The notes below the pieces were generated by a model that was not told where the DNA came from, searched no databases, and was given only the letters and a program-made list of their open reading frames with translations. The position numbers were made by a program, and so were the translations under genes. Positions 8,028-17,943 of a stretch of DNA of 64,000 bases are shown one piece after another (the stretch's first letter is position 1; every line of letters starts with the position of its first letter). Origin of the DNA: Candidatus Omnitrophota bacterium (GTDB lineage Bacteria; Omnitrophota; Gorgyraeia; Gygaellales; Profunditerraquicolaceae); the NCBI GenBank assembly GCA_035402765.1, contig DAONDX010000003.1:50682-114681 (forward strand), read 5' to 3'.

Positions 8028-8792
8028 TTATTCATTTTCTGTTTTAAGTAATTCTTTGATTTTTGTTTCCAGCTGTGCGATTCCCAGATCTTTATAAAAT
8101 TTACCCCGGAAAATAATGGAGATATCATGCCTTTCTTCGGAGACTACGATCAGTACGGCATCCGTCTCTTCGCTTAAACCTAAAGCCGCCCGATGTCGTG
8201 TACCGAAAACCCGGCTTAATTCTTGATTAACCGCCAGAGGGAAAATACATCCGGCCGCAGCCATTCTCCCCCGGCAAATAATCAATCCGCCGTCATGCAA
8301 AGGATTATTGGGGGTAAAAATCGCTTCAATTAAATCCGCCGAAACCAGCGCGTCGATCGGCTCTCCGCTTTGAATATAAGCCACCAGAGAGTCGTTTTTT
8401 TCGATAGCGATCAAAGCTCCCAGTTTATTCTTGACTAAATTTTCACAACCCATCGAAATTTGCCGGCTGAGCAGTATAATATCCTCATCTTTAAGATTAT
8501 TTTTAAAGATTTGCCGTTTACCGATTTGGGTCAGCCCCATTCTTATTTCCGGATGGAAAATAATCAAAATTGCGATAACGGATATCCCGAAGAGTTTTTC
8601 GAATAACCAGCTGAGTACTCCAAAATCAAATTTTTTAAAAACTAGAAAAGCAAGCAAAAGCACAATTATACCGCGCAAAGCCTGCAGCGCCCGCGTGCCT
8701 TCAAAAAATAGCGCAATTTGATAAATAAGAAACCACAAAATCGCAATCTCCGTTGCCGGTTTCCAATATAGAACTAAATTATGAATTAACAT
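8028..8792 (-). CDS. cdaA: diadenylate cyclase (membrane-anchored CdaA/DacA)
   Basis: 254 aa with N-terminal transmembrane helices and a DAC domain (DGGLIICRGR...GTRHRAALGLSEETDAVLIVVSEE). Confidence 0.8.
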   Translation of the reverse strand: MLIHNLVLYWKPATEIAILWFLIYQIALFFEGTRALQALRGIIVLLLAFLVFKKFDFGVLSWLFEKLFGISVIAILIIFHPEIRMGLTQIGKRQIFKNNLKDEDIILLSRQISMGCENLVKNKLGALIAIEKNDSLVAYIQSGEPIDALVSADLIEAIFTPNNPLHDGGLIICRGRMAAAGCIFPLAVNQELSRVFGTRHRAALGLSEETDAVLIVVSEERHDISIIFRGKFYKDLGIAQLETKIKELLKTENE

Positions 8793-9990
8793 TCTTCAGC
8801 ACGCTTTCGGTTATTTTTAAAGCCTGGCTTACTTCTTTTACGTCATGCACCCGCACAATGTTGGCGCCGCGCTCAACCGCCATTACACATGCAGCGATAG
8901 AACCGCTGGAGCGGTTTTCCGAATCAGACTTTAAAACTTTAGCAATAAAAGATTTTCGGGAAGGACCGATAAGTATCGGCTTGCCCAAGGGCTTAAATTC
9001 TTCCAAGTGTTTAATTATTTCCAGATTTTGCCCCGGATTCTTTCCAAAACCTAGACCCGGATCAACCATGATTTTTTCAGGCAAAATCCCTCCCGCTTGC
9101 GCAGCATCAATGGAGTTTCTTAAAAACCCGGTAATATCGTCGATTAATGATTCGTAAACAATATTTTTTTGCATATTTACGGGTTTTCCCAGCATATGCA
9201 TAATTACCACCGCCGCTTTAAAACGGGCAACCACTTTTATCATCCGGCTGTCTCTTAGCCCGGAAATATCGTTAATGATTTGCGCCCCGGCGTCTAAAAC
9301 GGCTTTAGCTACTTCAGGTTTATTCGTATCAACAGAAATAGGTACTTTAATTTTTTTTACTAAAAACTTTACTACCGGTTCAGTGCGTCGCAACTCTTCT
9401 TTAATACTCACGGATTTTGCGCCCGGGCGGCTGGACTGACCGCCTAAATCAATGAGATCGGCTCCATCTTTTACCAGGGCCTGAGCTTTTTTAAGAGCCA
9501 GATCTAAATAGTCGCGGTTAAACCGCTGATAAATACCATCGTGGCTGAATGAATCAGGGGTTAAATTTATAATCCCCATGATCTTGGCTCTTTGTCCGAG
9601 ATCTAAGCGGCCTTTTCTTAAAGCAAGGACAAAATCAGTTTGGGTAAATTTTTTGATACTTCCATCTAAATCCTCTGCCAATTTTTGCAGGCCGAACGGC
9701 TGGATTTTCAATTTACTAATCAGGGCATTAAACTGGGCCAGCTGTCCGATTAAAAGAATATCGGTTTTTTTAATACTACCGGTAAGCGATCCCCGGGCAA
9801 CCGCCGCATCTGCCCCCAAAGCCAGCATTTCCTGCTTAAGGATATTGGCCACTACATTATTCACAGCCTTTAACCGGATCAAAAAAGCCGAGGCCTTAGG
9901 CAGCATGATCTTGATCCCATAAGGATCAGCACCAATCTCGGACATGATTCTGCTTACGTCTTCAGAGCTGCTAAAACGGAAAATGCGCAT
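8779..9990 (-). CDS. folP: dihydropteroate synthase with a ~120-aa N-terminal extension of unknown function
   Basis: The C-terminal ~280 aa form the DHPS pterin-binding domain (MGIINLTPDSFSHDG...). It sits in the conserved ftsH-folP arrangement. Confidence 0.8.
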   Translation of the reverse strand: MRIFRFSSSEDVSRIMSEIGADPYGIKIMLPKASAFLIRLKAVNNVVANILKQEMLALGADAAVARGSLTGSIKKTDILLIGQLAQFNALISKLKIQPFGLQKLAEDLDGSIKKFTQTDFVLALRKGRLDLGQRAKIMGIINLTPDSFSHDGIYQRFNRDYLDLALKKAQALVKDGADLIDLGGQSSRPGAKSVSIKEELRRTEPVVKFLVKKIKVPISVDTNKPEVAKAVLDAGAQIINDISGLRDSRMIKVVARFKAAVVIMHMLGKPVNMQKNIVYESLIDDITGFLRNSIDAAQAGGILPEKIMVDPGLGFGKNPGQNLEIIKHLEEFKPLGKPILIGPSRKSFIAKVLKSDSENRSSGSIAACVMAVERGANIVRVHDVKEVSQALKITESVLKNVNS

Positions 9991-9994
9991 TGAT

Positions 9995-11851
9995 CTAGAC
10001 TAAATCGGTTTTTTCAATTCCCAGTATTTTTTTTACCTCTTCACCGCTTAAAACTTCTTTTTCCAGCAGAGAATCCGAAAGTAATTTAAGTTTACTTTGG
10101 TTAGCTTTTAACAGCTCAAGCGCTTTATTATAAGCATCATCAGTTATTTGTTTTACCTCTTCATCAATGATATGCGCAGTCTGTTCGCTATAGTTTTTTT
10201 CTTCCATGATATCGCGGCCTAAAAATACTAATCCTTCCCTTCTGCCCAAAGTTAAGTTACCTAGCCGTTCAGACATGCCAAATTGAGTAACCATCCGCCT
10301 GGCCATGCCGGTGGCTACTTCCAAATCATTTTGCGCGCCCGTGGTCACTTCGCTTAAATTCAACTGTTCCGAAGCCCGGCCGCCCAGAATCATGGTAATC
10401 TCAGCTAATAATTCTTTTTTCGTCCAATAATGGCGATCTTCCAGAGGAGGGGTAAAAGTATAGCCGCCAGCCAAACCGCGGGGGATGATCGAAACCTTTT
10501 TCAAAGGATTAACTTCGGGTAACAGCAGCGAAAGCAAAGCGTGCCCGGATTCATGTAAAGAAGTAATTTCCTTTTCTTTCTTGGACATGATGTGGCTTTT
10601 CTTTTCCGGCCCCATTAAAACTCTTTCCACGGATTTATCTAAATCCACTTCTTCTACTGATTCCTTATTGTTACGGGCCGCCATTAACGCCGCCTCATTA
10701 CAAAGATTAGCCAGGTCTGCCCCGGAAAAGCCCGGAGTTTGGCTGGCTACAGATTTTAAGTTAACTGATGCGGATAGTTTTATCTTACGGGTATGCACCT
10801 TAAGTATCTCTTCACGTCCCTTAATATCCGGTAAGTTGATAATAATGGTGCGGTCAAATCTGCCCGGACGTAACAGCGCCGGGTCAAGCGTATCCGGACG
10901 ATTGGTAGCGGCGATCAAGATCAAGCCTTGCTGGCCGTCAAAACCATCCATTTCTACTAACAGCTGATTAAGGGTTTGTTCCCGCTCATCATTACCTCCG
11001 CCAATCCCGGAAAAACGTAAGCGTCCAACAGCATCAATTTCATCGATAAAAATTATTGCGCCTTTTCCCGAAACTATTCCGGCTTTACGCCCCTGATCAA
11101 ATAGATCTCTGACCCGGCTGGCCCCCACTCCCACAAACATCTCCACAAAGTTTGAGCCGGAGATGCTAAAAAAAGGCACATTTGCTTCCCCGGCAACTGC
11201 CCGGGCAATCAGGGTTTTACCGCATCCGGGCGGGCCGACTAAAAGCACGCCTTTAGGAATTTTACCTCCTAATTTCTGAAATTTTTTAGGATCTTTAAGA
11301 AATTCAATTACTTCCTTGAGTTCTTCTTTTGCTTCATCCACGCCGGCAACATCGTCAAAGGTAGCCTTTTCATTATTACTTTGAATTTTAGATTTAACTT
11401 TCCCAAAAGACATGATCCGGCTGCCTAATTGTTCTCCGCGGGCAGCCATCATCCACCAAAAAAAGATCAGCAGCAATATCGGACCGAGGTTAAAAAGCAG
11501 GGTCAGCCAAAAGGTGCGCGCCGGTTGGATCTCGAAATTCTTGAGATTTTGGCGCATCAGCGTCAACATTTCCGGGTCATTATCCGGAATATTCACGAAA
11601 AATTTGGAATTATCCGAAAAGTCCCCTTCCAATTTGTTTTCAACCTTGGTAACTTTGCTTATTTTTTCAGGGTTATTTTTTAAAGTTTGATAGAATTGAC
11701 TGTAAGTAATTTCTTTAGGCACTGCGCTCCCCGGCAGATTATTAAAAGAATTAGTTAATATGATCAGTAGAAAAAAAACCAACAACCAACCAAAAGGGAA
11801 ACGCTTCGTAATATTGGTTTTGTCGGATTTAGGTTTCTTTTGTGCGGCCAT
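9995..11851 (-). CDS. ftsH: ATP-dependent zinc metalloprotease FtsH
   Basis: 618 aa with Walker A GPPGCGKT, the AAA second region of homology, and the HEXXH zinc site (HESGHAL). Confidence 0.95.
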   Translation of the reverse strand: MAAQKKPKSDKTNITKRFPFGWLLVFFLLIILTNSFNNLPGSAVPKEITYSQFYQTLKNNPEKISKVTKVENKLEGDFSDNSKFFVNIPDNDPEMLTLMRQNLKNFEIQPARTFWLTLLFNLGPILLLIFFWWMMAARGEQLGSRIMSFGKVKSKIQSNNEKATFDDVAGVDEAKEELKEVIEFLKDPKKFQKLGGKIPKGVLLVGPPGCGKTLIARAVAGEANVPFFSISGSNFVEMFVGVGASRVRDLFDQGRKAGIVSGKGAIIFIDEIDAVGRLRFSGIGGGNDEREQTLNQLLVEMDGFDGQQGLILIAATNRPDTLDPALLRPGRFDRTIIINLPDIKGREEILKVHTRKIKLSASVNLKSVASQTPGFSGADLANLCNEAALMAARNNKESVEEVDLDKSVERVLMGPEKKSHIMSKKEKEITSLHESGHALLSLLLPEVNPLKKVSIIPRGLAGGYTFTPPLEDRHYWTKKELLAEITMILGGRASEQLNLSEVTTGAQNDLEVATGMARRMVTQFGMSERLGNLTLGRREGLVFLGRDIMEEKNYSEQTAHIIDEEVKQITDDAYNKALELLKANQSKLKLLSDSLLEKEVLSGEEVKKILGIEKTDLV

Positions 11852-11958
11852 TTAATTTCTCCGTGGTTTTTAAGAAAATCGCTTCAACAATTTTCATAAG
11901 TGAATTAAGATTAATTATTATATTCTGGAAAACATGTAAAATCAAGTATTTTATGGAT

Positions 11959-12921
11959 TTAGTGCTTTAAAAAACGCAATATATTGCGGGTTTTTTGCAC
12001 GTAGATTCCCTTGGGTAAGTCTACTATTGCCCCTTCGGGACGAAGGTAAATTAAATCTTCCAATTCCTTGATATGCTGAAAAGTTATCCTGCGCGTATCC
12101 CCCTGGAGGCAAGCTATGCTTTGACGCAATTTAAGACGCAGGATCGCCGGATGTAATTTTGAGATTTTTTTAAGCTGGAGCCGTAAAGGATTGCCTTTTA
12201 CGCAGCGCCTGGCAACTTGATCTAAGTATTCATAATCGTAAGAGACACTTTCCGCCAGATTAGCCAGTACCTTTAACATATTAACATTATACTTGCTCGA
12301 AAGCAAAGGAATCAGGTGGTGGCGGATTTTATTACGTAAAAAAATATCTTCTTGATTAGTAGAATCATTGCGGGCTTTTACTGCGCGTTTCTTTAAGTAT
12401 GCGTTTATTTCCCGGCGAGTTGTTTCAAGAAATGGCCGGATAAAAACCACGCCCCGGATAGTTCTTTTAGGAGAAATTCCGGATAAGCCGGACAAACCCG
12501 TTCCCCGCAATAAACGCATGAGCACCGTTTCGGCCTGGTCATTAAGATTATGCCCCAAAGCGACTTTATGGGCCCGGACTGTTTTTGCGGTTTTAATGAA
12601 AAATTTCAATCTTTCTTCCCGGAAGAATTCTTCTAAAGAACCCTTGGCTTTAATCTGCTGGACCGGCAGCTGTTTTATGGTTACGGGAAGCTTAAGTTTG
12701 CGTCCCCATTTTTTTACAAAAAGCGCATCCAATTTTGAATCTTTGCGTAAACCATGATCTACATGCACGATATGCAAAGTTAAACCCAGCTTAAACTTCA
12801 GGCTGTAAATCTTCAAAAGTAACGCCAATGAGTCCGGGCCGCCGGAAACCGCCACCAGGATTCTGTCGCCTTTTTTGATCAAAGAATAACTATTAATTGT
12901 CTTAATAAAATTATCGGGCAT
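11959..12921 (-). CDS. tilS: tRNA(Ile)-lysidine synthetase
   Basis: 320 aa with the PP-loop SGGPDS, positioned upstream of ftsH as in many bacteria. Confidence 0.85.
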   Translation of the reverse strand: MPDNFIKTINSYSLIKKGDRILVAVSGGPDSLALLLKIYSLKFKLGLTLHIVHVDHGLRKDSKLDALFVKKWGRKLKLPVTIKQLPVQQIKAKGSLEEFFREERLKFFIKTAKTVRAHKVALGHNLNDQAETVLMRLLRGTGLSGLSGISPKRTIRGVVFIRPFLETTRREINAYLKKRAVKARNDSTNQEDIFLRNKIRHHLIPLLSSKYNVNMLKVLANLAESVSYDYEYLDQVARRCVKGNPLRLQLKKISKLHPAILRLKLRQSIACLQGDTRRITFQHIKELEDLIYLRPEGAIVDLPKGIYVQKTRNILRFLKH

Positions 12922-13005
12922 GGCTTATCTTACCATAAAATTACAGAATTTATAGTCCGAATTCTGCCGCAGGCTTAGGCTTATTTTTCTTAAACCACAT
13001 TCTCT

Positions 13006-14346
13006 TTGATTAAAATCATTGGTTTAGGCAATTTCGGGTTGACTTTATCCGTTGAAAAGTGTAAATTAGTAAAAATGACTGCTAAAATCATCACCCACAA
13101 AGAAAGAAGAATCGTTCTAGGCAATTTCATTTCTCTTACCACCCTCCAGGGCATCAGCTATATACTGCCGATAATCGTTCTGCCCTATCTTATCCGGGTA
13201 ATTGGAATGGAGAAATTCGGCTTGATCGCTTTTGCGCAAAGCTTAGTTCAATACTTTTTGATCCTCACTGACTACGGATTCAGCCTCTCAGCCACCCGAA
13301 GCATGTCTCTGATCGGAGAGCATAAGAAAAAAACCAGCGCCTTATTCTCATCGGTAATGACCGTAAAACTAATTTTTGCAGCGCTAAGCTTCCTGATTCT
13401 ATGCGCTCTCCTCTATTTCATCCCTAAATTCAGGGAAGAATGGCTGATTTATATCTTAAGTTTCGGTTCGGTGATCGGCAGCACTTTGTTTCCGGTGTGG
13501 TTTTTCCAAGGCAAAGAAAAAATGAGCTACATCGCCGTAGTTAATGTTGTAAGCGGCATAACTTACACCATACTTATCTTTTTCTATGTTACCGGTCCGG
13601 AGGATTACCTGCGCGTGCCGATGTTAGGCTCAATTTTATCTATTACCGGCGGCATACTCGGGCTATATATAGCTTTTAAAAAATTTAAACTGGAATTTAT
13701 CCTGCAAAAATATACCGACCTAAAAAGAGAACTTCGAACAGGCTGGGATATCTTTATTTCTATTTTAGCGGTTAACGCCTATACGACCAGCCGGATTTTT
13801 GCCGTAGGCTTGTTAACCAATAATATAATTACCGGATATTATTCGCTGGCTGAACAGATTGCTAACGTTATTCAAACTTTCCCCATGGATTCATTCACCC
13901 GGGCAGTCTTCCCCAGGTTAAGCAATGTTTTTGCCAGAAACCGGCAACGCGCCATAGCCATCATGTATCGTATCCAAGATGGCATCACTTTAGGGTTTGT
14001 GGTCTGCCTACCTATCGCCTACTTTCTAGCCCCCTGGGTCATCCGCATGCTTGCCGGAACAGCTTATCCAGAAGTTGTATTTACTTTGAGGCTCCTATTG
14101 GCCGCGGTATTTTTTGTAGGAGCCAATAATTTCAAAATCCAATTCCTGCTGGTCTGCGGCAAACAGGATCTTTATGCTAAAATTCATATTATCGCCGCGC
14201 TTATCGGGCTACCGCTTATATTTATATTAATACACCAATTTTCCTACATGGGGGCAGCACTGGCAACGGTACTGACTGAGGCAGGGGTATTTATTCTTAC
14301 TTCGCTTATCGTAGAAAAACTCGCCAAGAAAATTTCAAGGATTTAA
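13006..14346 (+). CDS. Wzx-like oligosaccharide/polysaccharide flippase (MOP superfamily); the true start may be the ATG at 13075
   Basis: About 12 predicted transmembrane helices and family resemblance. A TTGACT-17-TAAATT promoter-like sequence at 13038-13066 would place the start at MTAKIITHK (13075) and give a near-leaderless mRNA. Confidence 0.65.
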   Translation: MIKIIGLGNFGLTLSVEKCKLVKMTAKIITHKERRIVLGNFISLTTLQGISYILPIIVLPYLIRVIGMEKFGLIAFAQSLVQYFLILTDYGFSLSATRSMSLIGEHKKKTSALFSSVMTVKLIFAALSFLILCALLYFIPKFREEWLIYILSFGSVIGSTLFPVWFFQGKEKMSYIAVVNVVSGITYTILIFFYVTGPEDYLRVPMLGSILSITGGILGLYIAFKKFKLEFILQKYTDLKRELRTGWDIFISILAVNAYTTSRIFAVGLLTNNIITGYYSLAEQIANVIQTFPMDSFTRAVFPRLSNVFARNRQRAIAIMYRIQDGITLGFVVCLPIAYFLAPWVIRMLAGTAYPEVVFTLRLLLAAVFFVGANNFKIQFLLVCGKQDLYAKIHIIAALIGLPLIFILIHQFSYMGAALATVLTEAGVFILTSLIVEKLAKKISRI

Positions 14347-14715
14347 TTATTTTTTAATTTGATTTCCGATACAAAGGATTTCCTGGATACTCGCGTCATA
14401 ACCGATTATCGCTTTATTTGTCCATAAAACATGCACCCGCTCGCCATTACTGCGCATATTCTCGTTCTCATTTATGGAATACTCCTGAGGATTGCCGAGA
14501 ATTTTTTTGATCATCTTATCTAAATCTTCACCGGCGGAATTTGACTGAGGCACGATTGTACCGATTACGTTTTCCCCCAATATATCAGTATCCCGGTAGC
14601 CGAAGAATCTCTGGCCGAATTGGTTAAGAAAAATGATCCCTCCCCGGTTATTCATCAATAGGATAATACTATTGGCATTCTCGACTATTTCCTTGTATTT
14701 GCTATCGCTAATCAT
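14347..14715 (-). CDS. stand-alone PAS-domain protein
   Basis: 122 aa with a PAS S-box-like fold (NSIILLMNNRGGIIFLNQ...). Confidence 0.55.
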   Translation of the reverse strand: MISDSKYKEIVENANSIILLMNNRGGIIFLNQFGQRFFGYRDTDILGENVIGTIVPQSNSAGEDLDKMIKKILGNPQEYSINENENMRSNGERVHVLWTNKAIIGYDASIQEILCIGNQIKK

Positions 14716-14735
14716 TTTTCCTCAACAGTTGAAGG

Positions 14736-14768
14736 TTAAAAAAATAACCTCATTTTAAAATGAGGCGG
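14736..14768 (-). terminator. Rho-independent terminator downstream of dgkA
   Basis: On the minus strand the 7-bp perfect stem CCTCATT/AATGAGG with loop TTAA is followed by a U-run (UUAUUUUUUUAA). Confidence 0.6.
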
Positions 14769-14794
14769 TTTCCTAAAATAAGCGTCGGCGCAAG

Positions 14795-15175
14795 TCATAT
14801 TTTTTTCAACAAAAGCACGTATCCCACTCCCAAAGCGTTTAAACAAGCCAGCAAAACTACGCCGGCGGCAATATCTTTAATCAGTTTAATCTTAACCTGA
14901 TACTCCTGGCTGAGCGCATCCATCATTAATTCGATCGCGGTATTGAATATCTCCGCCATAAAAACCAACGTAATCGTAATGCAGACGGCTACCAGCTCAA
15001 TACCTTTTAACTTCAGATAAATACCTGACAAAAATACCAGTACCCCTGAAATAAAAATCAGGCGCATGTTGCGGTGATAAAGGAATAAATAGATTATCCC
15101 CTTAACCGCTAAATTTAAGCTATTCATAAAGCCCCGGGTTTTAAAAATGTTCCTGAATGTATTATTTTTTACCAT
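14795..15175 (-). CDS. dgkA: diacylglycerol kinase / undecaprenol kinase family
   Basis: 126 aa with three transmembrane helices and the conserved motif AEIFNTAIE. Confidence 0.75.
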   Translation of the reverse strand: MVKNNTFRNIFKTRGFMNSLNLAVKGIIYLFLYHRNMRLIFISGVLVFLSGIYLKLKGIELVAVCITITLVFMAEIFNTAIELMMDALSQEYQVKIKLIKDIAAGVVLLACLNALGVGYVLLLKKI

Positions 15176-15226
15176 AGTATTTTATTAAAACATCGGAGGC
15201 CAAAGCAGCAAATATTCTAAAAAACT

Positions 15227-15302
15227 GGTGGCGGAGAGTGGATTTAAACCACCGACCAAGCGGGTATGAGCCGCGTGCTCTATCAGGCTGAGCTACTCCG
15301 CC
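15227..15302 (-). tRNA. tRNA-Met or tRNA-Ile2 (anticodon CAT), CCA encoded
   Basis: The reverse complement reads GGCGGAGTAGCTCAGCCTGATAGAGCACGCGGCTCATACCCGCTTGGTCGGTGGTTTAAATCCACTCTCCGCCACCA. G1 pairs with C72, so it is not a bacterial initiator. Confidence 0.8.
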
Positions 15303-15414
15303 AAATTTAAGTTTTCAAAGCTTCAATTTTTACTACACGCGGCTTGATTTTGGTATCAAGCCGCCAGATCGTTATCTTCTGCGGCGCAGTCCCTGAAGCC
15401 GCAGGCTTCAGGGG

Positions 15415-15449
15415 GAGCCGCGTGCTCTATCAGGCTGAGCTACTCCGCC
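15415..15449 (-). pseudogene. duplicated 5' fragment (positions 1-35) of the adjacent CAT tRNA, ~110 bp upstream of the intact gene
   Basis: GGCGGAGTAGCTCAGCCTGATAGAGCACGCGGCTC on the minus strand is identical to positions 1-35 of the tRNA at 15227-15302, then diverges into a perfect 10-bp hairpin CCCTGAAGCC-GCA-GGCTTCAGGG. Confidence 0.6.
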
Positions 15450-15479
15450 AAAATCGTTTTTAGATGACCAAGGATATGG

Positions 15480-16268
15480 CTATTTCTTGCGATAAGCGTT
15501 TAAATAAGAATCGCAATAAATATTCTTATTTAAAAGCAATTCTGCGGTAATTAACGTATCCATTAACTCTTTATCTTTAGGATCAAGTATAGCAGAATCT
15601 AAGCCGGATGCAACTGCCATTGTTAAAAATGTGCGGTTGAGCAGATTACGCTCCTGAGCCCCTTGAGAAACATTGCTTAAGCCAATAATGGTTTGCGGCC
15701 CGGGAAGCGACATAAGCTTAAATTCATGAATTGATTCCAGGATATCCCGGATTTGGCCTTGGGCCACATTGACCGGCATCAGGATCGGATCAAGATATAG
15801 GTCTTGCGCAGGAAATCCTTTTTCGCTGGCATGCATAAGAATCGTGGCCGCCAATTCCAGGCGTTGATCCTTATTTTGCGGAATACCTTTGGCGCTAATC
15901 GTTATCCCGATCAACTTGCATTTATATTTTTTAGCTAACGGGACAAGTATCTCCAGTTTTTCCGGGTCAGCCGTAGTAGAATTAATGATCGTTCTATTTT
16001 TAGCAGCTTTTAATCCTTCGGCGATCGCTTCAGGCTTGCTGGAATCCAGGCAAAGCGGTTTGTCGGTAACCTCCTGGACTGTTTCGACCAACCAAGGCAT
16101 ATCAACTAAAGAATTTCGGGAAGCCGGCCCGCAGCAAAGGTCTAAAGCATCCGCGCCCCCTTTGATCTGCTCCAGCGCACAAATCTGAATGGTTTTTTTA
16201 TCACGCTCTTTTAACGCTTGAGCGATATTTGAATACATTCCGTTAATTAATTCACCGATCACAAACAT
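15480..16268 (-). CDS. acsE: methyltetrahydrofolate:corrinoid/iron-sulfur protein methyltransferase (pterin-binding domain)
   Basis: 262 aa with a DHPS-like pterin-binding barrel, lying within a cluster of CFeSP genes. Confidence 0.7.
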   Translation of the reverse strand: MFVIGELINGMYSNIAQALKERDKKTIQICALEQIKGGADALDLCCGPASRNSLVDMPWLVETVQEVTDKPLCLDSSKPEAIAEGLKAAKNRTIINSTTADPEKLEILVPLAKKYKCKLIGITISAKGIPQNKDQRLELAATILMHASEKGFPAQDLYLDPILMPVNVAQGQIRDILESIHEFKLMSLPGPQTIIGLSNVSQGAQERNLLNRTFLTMAVASGLDSAILDPKDKELMDTLITAELLLNKNIYCDSYLNAYRKK

Positions 16269-16270
16269 TT

Positions 16271-17206
16271 TTACCTCTTAAATAGCGCCTCTATGTAATT
16301 AGCCACATTTAAAGCGGCTTGCGGATGGCGCATAACTAAAAGATCAGCTCCGGATTGAATAAGACTGGTAGCCGTAAGCGTTTCCCAAATCACTCCTTGC
16401 TGCAAATCAGCTTTTGCCTCTTTGGCCCTCCAGGCCTCCTGGCCCACAAGACAAATAAACGGGGAAGATAGAGTTTTATCCCCGGATAAAGCCGCCAGCC
16501 TGGCTCTTTCCATAATTGAGTAAGCATATTCTAAACCATACCCCAATGCGCCGATCGTGGGATTAATTACAATTCGCTCCAGAGGCAACCCCATATCAGA
16601 AATTAAAATATTGAGTTGTTTAGCGATATTTATATCAATCGGGCTTTCGGCAATCAGACTATGTCCGTCAGCTAGAACGCTGGCGACTAAAGTTTTATAA
16701 TTATCCTGGACTGCGGAACCGATAAGACAGCGTTCTCCGCGGGCAGCTTCCGAGCAAGCCGGCAGAATCAAGTTATCCTTGTCATCCTCACCGCTGCCCA
16801 TAATTATCAAAGGCACGCTGATCTTGCTTAAAAATTTAGAAATAAACTTCGCGGCATCCTGGGGGCTCTTATTCCCGAAATCAGGATGCGTTCCCTGCAT
16901 TTTTAAACAAAGCATCCCAGCTTTAAATTGGTTAATACAGATATCCGCCCAGGTAAAGGGATCATTTATAGCTTTGCCATATGCCTTTATCAATCCCTCG
17001 TCGAAATCTAGCGGCGCAATATCCCAAATTTCAAAAGCAATTTTAGGCTTATAGGGAATGGTGCCTTCCCGGAATAATAACGGCATGACATTTTGCCCGC
17101 CGATTTTAACGGTCGAACTGCGCGAACCACCCTCTGCTTGTTTAGCTCCGATAGTTACGGTTGAAACTTCTTGAGGCCATTTCTCCAATACTAATGGTGC
17201 ATCCAT
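16271..17206 (-). CDS. acsD: corrinoid/iron-sulfur protein small subunit (CODH/ACS delta)
   Basis: 311 aa with family resemblance and operon context alongside acsC. Confidence 0.65.
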   Translation of the reverse strand: MDAPLVLEKWPQEVSTVTIGAKQAEGGSRSSTVKIGGQNVMPLLFREGTIPYKPKIAFEIWDIAPLDFDEGLIKAYGKAINDPFTWADICINQFKAGMLCLKMQGTHPDFGNKSPQDAAKFISKFLSKISVPLIIMGSGEDDKDNLILPACSEAARGERCLIGSAVQDNYKTLVASVLADGHSLIAESPIDINIAKQLNILISDMGLPLERIVINPTIGALGYGLEYAYSIMERARLAALSGDKTLSSPFICLVGQEAWRAKEAKADLQQGVIWETLTATSLIQSGADLLVMRHPQAALNVANYIEALFKR

Positions 17207-17943
17207 ATACGTTCTCCCAATGAATTAAGCGCGGTTAAAACTTGCGCATCTGTTTTTAGGTCAAAAATTGAACCACCCTGTAAACTTAAACGTTCAAGTT
17301 CCGGAGAAACCGGTAACTTACCTAAAAGTTCCAACCCGGCTTCTTTAATCATTTCATCCGGAATACTGTTATTAAAACGATTAATCAAAAGCAGGCTTTT
17401 CTTAATCTCTATTTTCAAGTTAGCCACTAGCTGGACAATTCTTTTAGCGGATCTTAAGCTGACCGCGGTAGCATCCGATACTACAATCATCATATCCGCC
17501 TGAGGCGTAGTGCGTCTGGACAAATGCTCTAATCCGGCTTCATTATCCACAATAATATAATCATAATCTTTGGTCAACTTAACAATTAGCCCGCGTAAAA
17601 TGTTATTGACATAACAATAACAACCCGGACCCTCGGGTTTACCCATATTTAACAGGTCAAAACCATCCTCTTCCTGAATGGCTGCCTGCACCTGGTGTTG
17701 AATAAAACGCTCCTTAGTCATCCCCGCCGGGATCTTGTCCGGGTTAACCGATAGATTATCGAGAATATCACCTACCGCCCGGCCCGGTTTTACTCCGAGC
17801 GTTTCACCTAAATTACTATTAGGATCCGCATCAATGGCTAACACCGAACCTGATTTCCGTTCTTTTAAAACACGCACAATTAAAGCCGCGATCGTAGTTT
17901 TACCAGTGCCACCCTTACCGGCTAAAGCAATAACATATCCCAT
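17191..17943 (-). CDS. cooC: CODH/ACS nickel-insertion ATPase (CooC/AcsF, MinD-like)
   Basis: 250 aa with a deviant Walker A GKGGTGKTT. Confidence 0.8.
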   Translation of the reverse strand: MGYVIALAGKGGTGKTTIAALIVRVLKERKSGSVLAIDADPNSNLGETLGVKPGRAVGDILDNLSVNPDKIPAGMTKERFIQHQVQAAIQEEDGFDLLNMGKPEGPGCYCYVNNILRGLIVKLTKDYDYIIVDNEAGLEHLSRRTTPQADMMIVVSDATAVSLRSAKRIVQLVANLKIEIKKSLLLINRFNNSIPDEMIKEAGLELLGKLPVSPELERLSLQGGSIFDLKTDAQVLTALNSLGERIWMHH

